Shown: positions 62,186 through 64,000 of the stretch, piece after piece
Layout: every line of letters starts with the position of its first letter
Numbering within the stretch: position 1 is the first letter of the stretch
Source: Squalus acanthias
Taxonomy: Eukaryota
Assembly: GCA_030390025.1 (NCBI GenBank)
Contig: CM059432.1
Coordinates: 106,828,001-106,892,000 of the forward strand
Reading direction: 5' to 3'
Length of the DNA stretch: 64,000 bases
The notes under the pieces: generated by a model
Seen by the model: only the letters and a program-made list of their open reading frames with translations
Told to the model about the DNA's origin: nothing
The model's database searches: none
Position numbers and translations under genes: made by a program

Positions 62186-62496
62186 AAGACACTTTATATT
62201 GAAATGGATGTTCCAGATATTGAAAGAGTGTATGCCCATTGTTACGTAAGTTCTCCAGAAAAATGGACAATCACTGCCAGTCTTTAAAAATCCGGGAAGG
62301 GTGCAAGCAGAATTTTCCATCAGAACAGCAGCCAGGAGAGTGCCCGCAGCCTGGCTCACAATTATCTAAGCTATGTTTAGTTTCCTTTTATAACTATCTG
62401 AAAATTAATTTGACATTCTTTTTGTCTTGTTTGTCAGTAAATTCTAAAATACTGTGTTTTTCTAAAAAAAAATATTTAACATTTTATTTTCAAAAG

Positions 62497-62692
62497 GTGT
62501 ATTCCAAAACCAAAAGTTTGTCTCACTAGCATTGATTTGCTTGAATGTGACCAGTACGAGTGTATCTCAAGATCAGTGAATTGCGAGCTGCTCCCAGTCG
62601 AACCTGTTTGTGATACAGAAAATGTGGAACACTCCAATCGGTGTGCCTTGTACCAAAGATCGAAAACTTTGTCCTACATGGGCCCATGCCAG
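62497..62692 (+). CDS. RECK: RECK internal coding exon F (196 nt), second Kazal-like region
   Basis: ttttcaaaAG|g ... tgccag|GTatga. Translates CIPKPKVCLTSIDLLECDQYECISRSVNCELLPVEPVCDTENVEHSNRCALYQRSKTLSYMGPCQ. The phase-2 start fits the end of exon E. Confidence 0.95.
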
Positions 62693-63621
62693 GTATGAAT
62701 ATACTAATTTCACACTGTAAAAATGATCTACAGGCTGGTACAATCAGTAGATCTATAGATTTGAGGGCTAATTCCAAAATCCGACACTCCTGCGAAGTTC
62801 CCTACTGAGAGTGAGGGGTTGCAGAATTAGCCATTTGGAGTCATTTTGTGGTTCTAATGCACCCTGTTACTTATAGTTATTAATGCACTGCGACTAACTG
62901 TTGTAAGGAAACTTGGCCTTTCCCACTTTGGTGGGTCCCACTTCCACCAGCTGTACACTATACACCTGCTTCATGCGGGTCTACAGTATGTTGGGGGCAC
63001 CAGAGGTGGGACTGGCAGGAATTCCAGTGGGTGACATCATCCCCTCAATCCTGCCTCTTTTGCTGACGTTGTCTGGAAAGAGGGCAGCACAAGAAACACC
63101 CTCCCTTTGGGCCTGATGAATTGTCCAGCGTAGAACAAAACGAGTAGAATCCTACTGTTACCGAGTCCAACCCCAATTTCCATCCTGCTCGCTCCTGCCC
63201 GGCTCCTTAACACCCCCAGTATACGAGGAACCCCAAGGAGATTTGGGCCCCTGTTACTTCAGGTTTTAATATACCCCATTACCTCCTTAGTACTTTTATA
63301 TTTCCCTCAAACTTTAATGATAGTTTGTTATAAGTAAGTTTTGTTAACTTAATCGAGTCTCTCCATTGTTCATTTTAAATTCAGTTTACATTGTGTTTAA
63401 CCATAGATTGTCACGTCTGCTTCTACTTTTGCTTCCATTGTCTGATTTTTTGAAACTGGTTTGCTCAAGAGTGTCTCATATTTGCACTGTGTCAGGAAAA
63501 AACTGTTTTGTGTACGCCTCTATTTGAGTTCAGCTAATGGATTTCCTATGTTACCTACCCCATCATGCTCTATGCTCATGCCAGGCCACCTAGACTGTTC
63601 TGATGCACTATCCTACAGTCA

Positions 63622-63750
63622 TGATGCGGAGATGCCGGTGTTGGACTGGGGTGGACAAAAATGAGAAGTCGCACAACACCAGGTTATAGTCCAACAGATT
63701 TATTTAAAATTACAAGCTTTCGGAGCTGTTGCCCCTTCGTCAGGTAAAGG
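63622..63750 (-). mobile_element. pLTR of a second Penelope-like family
   Basis: It carries a minimal hammerhead followed by AATAAA and ctgttggactataacctggtgttgtg on the minus strand. No ORF evidence lies inside the window. Confidence 0.65.
63710..63747 (-). ncRNA. Minimal type I hammerhead ribozyme motif
   Basis: The minus strand reads TTAC-CTGACGA-AGGGGC-AACA-GCTCC-GAAA-GCT-T-GTAA, with an AGCT palindrome in place of stem III. Confidence 0.72.
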
Positions 63751-64000
63751 TACAATGAGGGAATCTACAGTATTACACAGTATATAAACACAGAAAGCAA
63801 TTTGTCTGCAGAGATACAATCTTTCAGGGAGGCATTACATCAAAGACACACCAGAGCACAGCCAAGACAATGAGATGGGTCACAGGGGGTCCAACGTGTC
63901 AAATCCTGTCATCTGCAGTTGAGCTTTTAACCTTTTTTATTGTTTTTTTTTTTTGTGTTTTTTTTAAAAAACTGGAAACCAGTTTTTAAAAAAACACAAA

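Noticed and set aside
62765..63250. Possible Harbinger-like element with GGGC...GCCC ends
   Set aside because: The terminal repeats are too degenerate and no TSD was found.
1..64000. Prokaryotic systems such as CRISPR arrays, retrons or defence-associated RTs
   Set aside because: There is no repeat-spacer array or operon structure. All RT sequence is non-LTR retrotransposon within spliceosomal introns of a vertebrate gene.

Overview
This is eukaryotic genomic DNA, almost certainly from a cartilaginous fish (shark or ray). That call rests on the repeat content: HE1-type and SacSINE1-type SINEs, CR1/HER1-type LINEs and Penelope-like elements. The window lies inside the RECK gene on the + strand. 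Six internal coding exons (6550-6686, 7620-7760, 41734-41922, 46671-46793, 57356-57527, 62497-62692) have canonical AG/GT ends and splice into one open frame covering the cysteine-rich and Kazal-like region. The gene start and end fall outside the window. By my hand tally about 65-70% of the window is transposon-derived. It contains several CR1 LINE families (three near-full-length copies, many of them nested), PIF/Harbinger-type MITEs, a nearly intact Tigger/pogo transposon, Penelope-like elements with minimal hammerhead ribozymes, SINEs and L2 remnants. Most ORFs in the track are LINE fragments or their antisense shadows. I found no clearly new gene system. The best leads are: a motif cassette shared by the 5' UTRs of three CR1 elements, an A-to-G-skewed duplicated CR1 3' UTR, a candidate MITE-derived poison exon, long inverted repeats bracketing RECK exons, and the hammerheads. 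All calls were made by eye, with no database search. Exon ends, terminal inverted repeats (TIRs) and target-site duplications (TSDs) were counted; other repeat boundaries are approximate.
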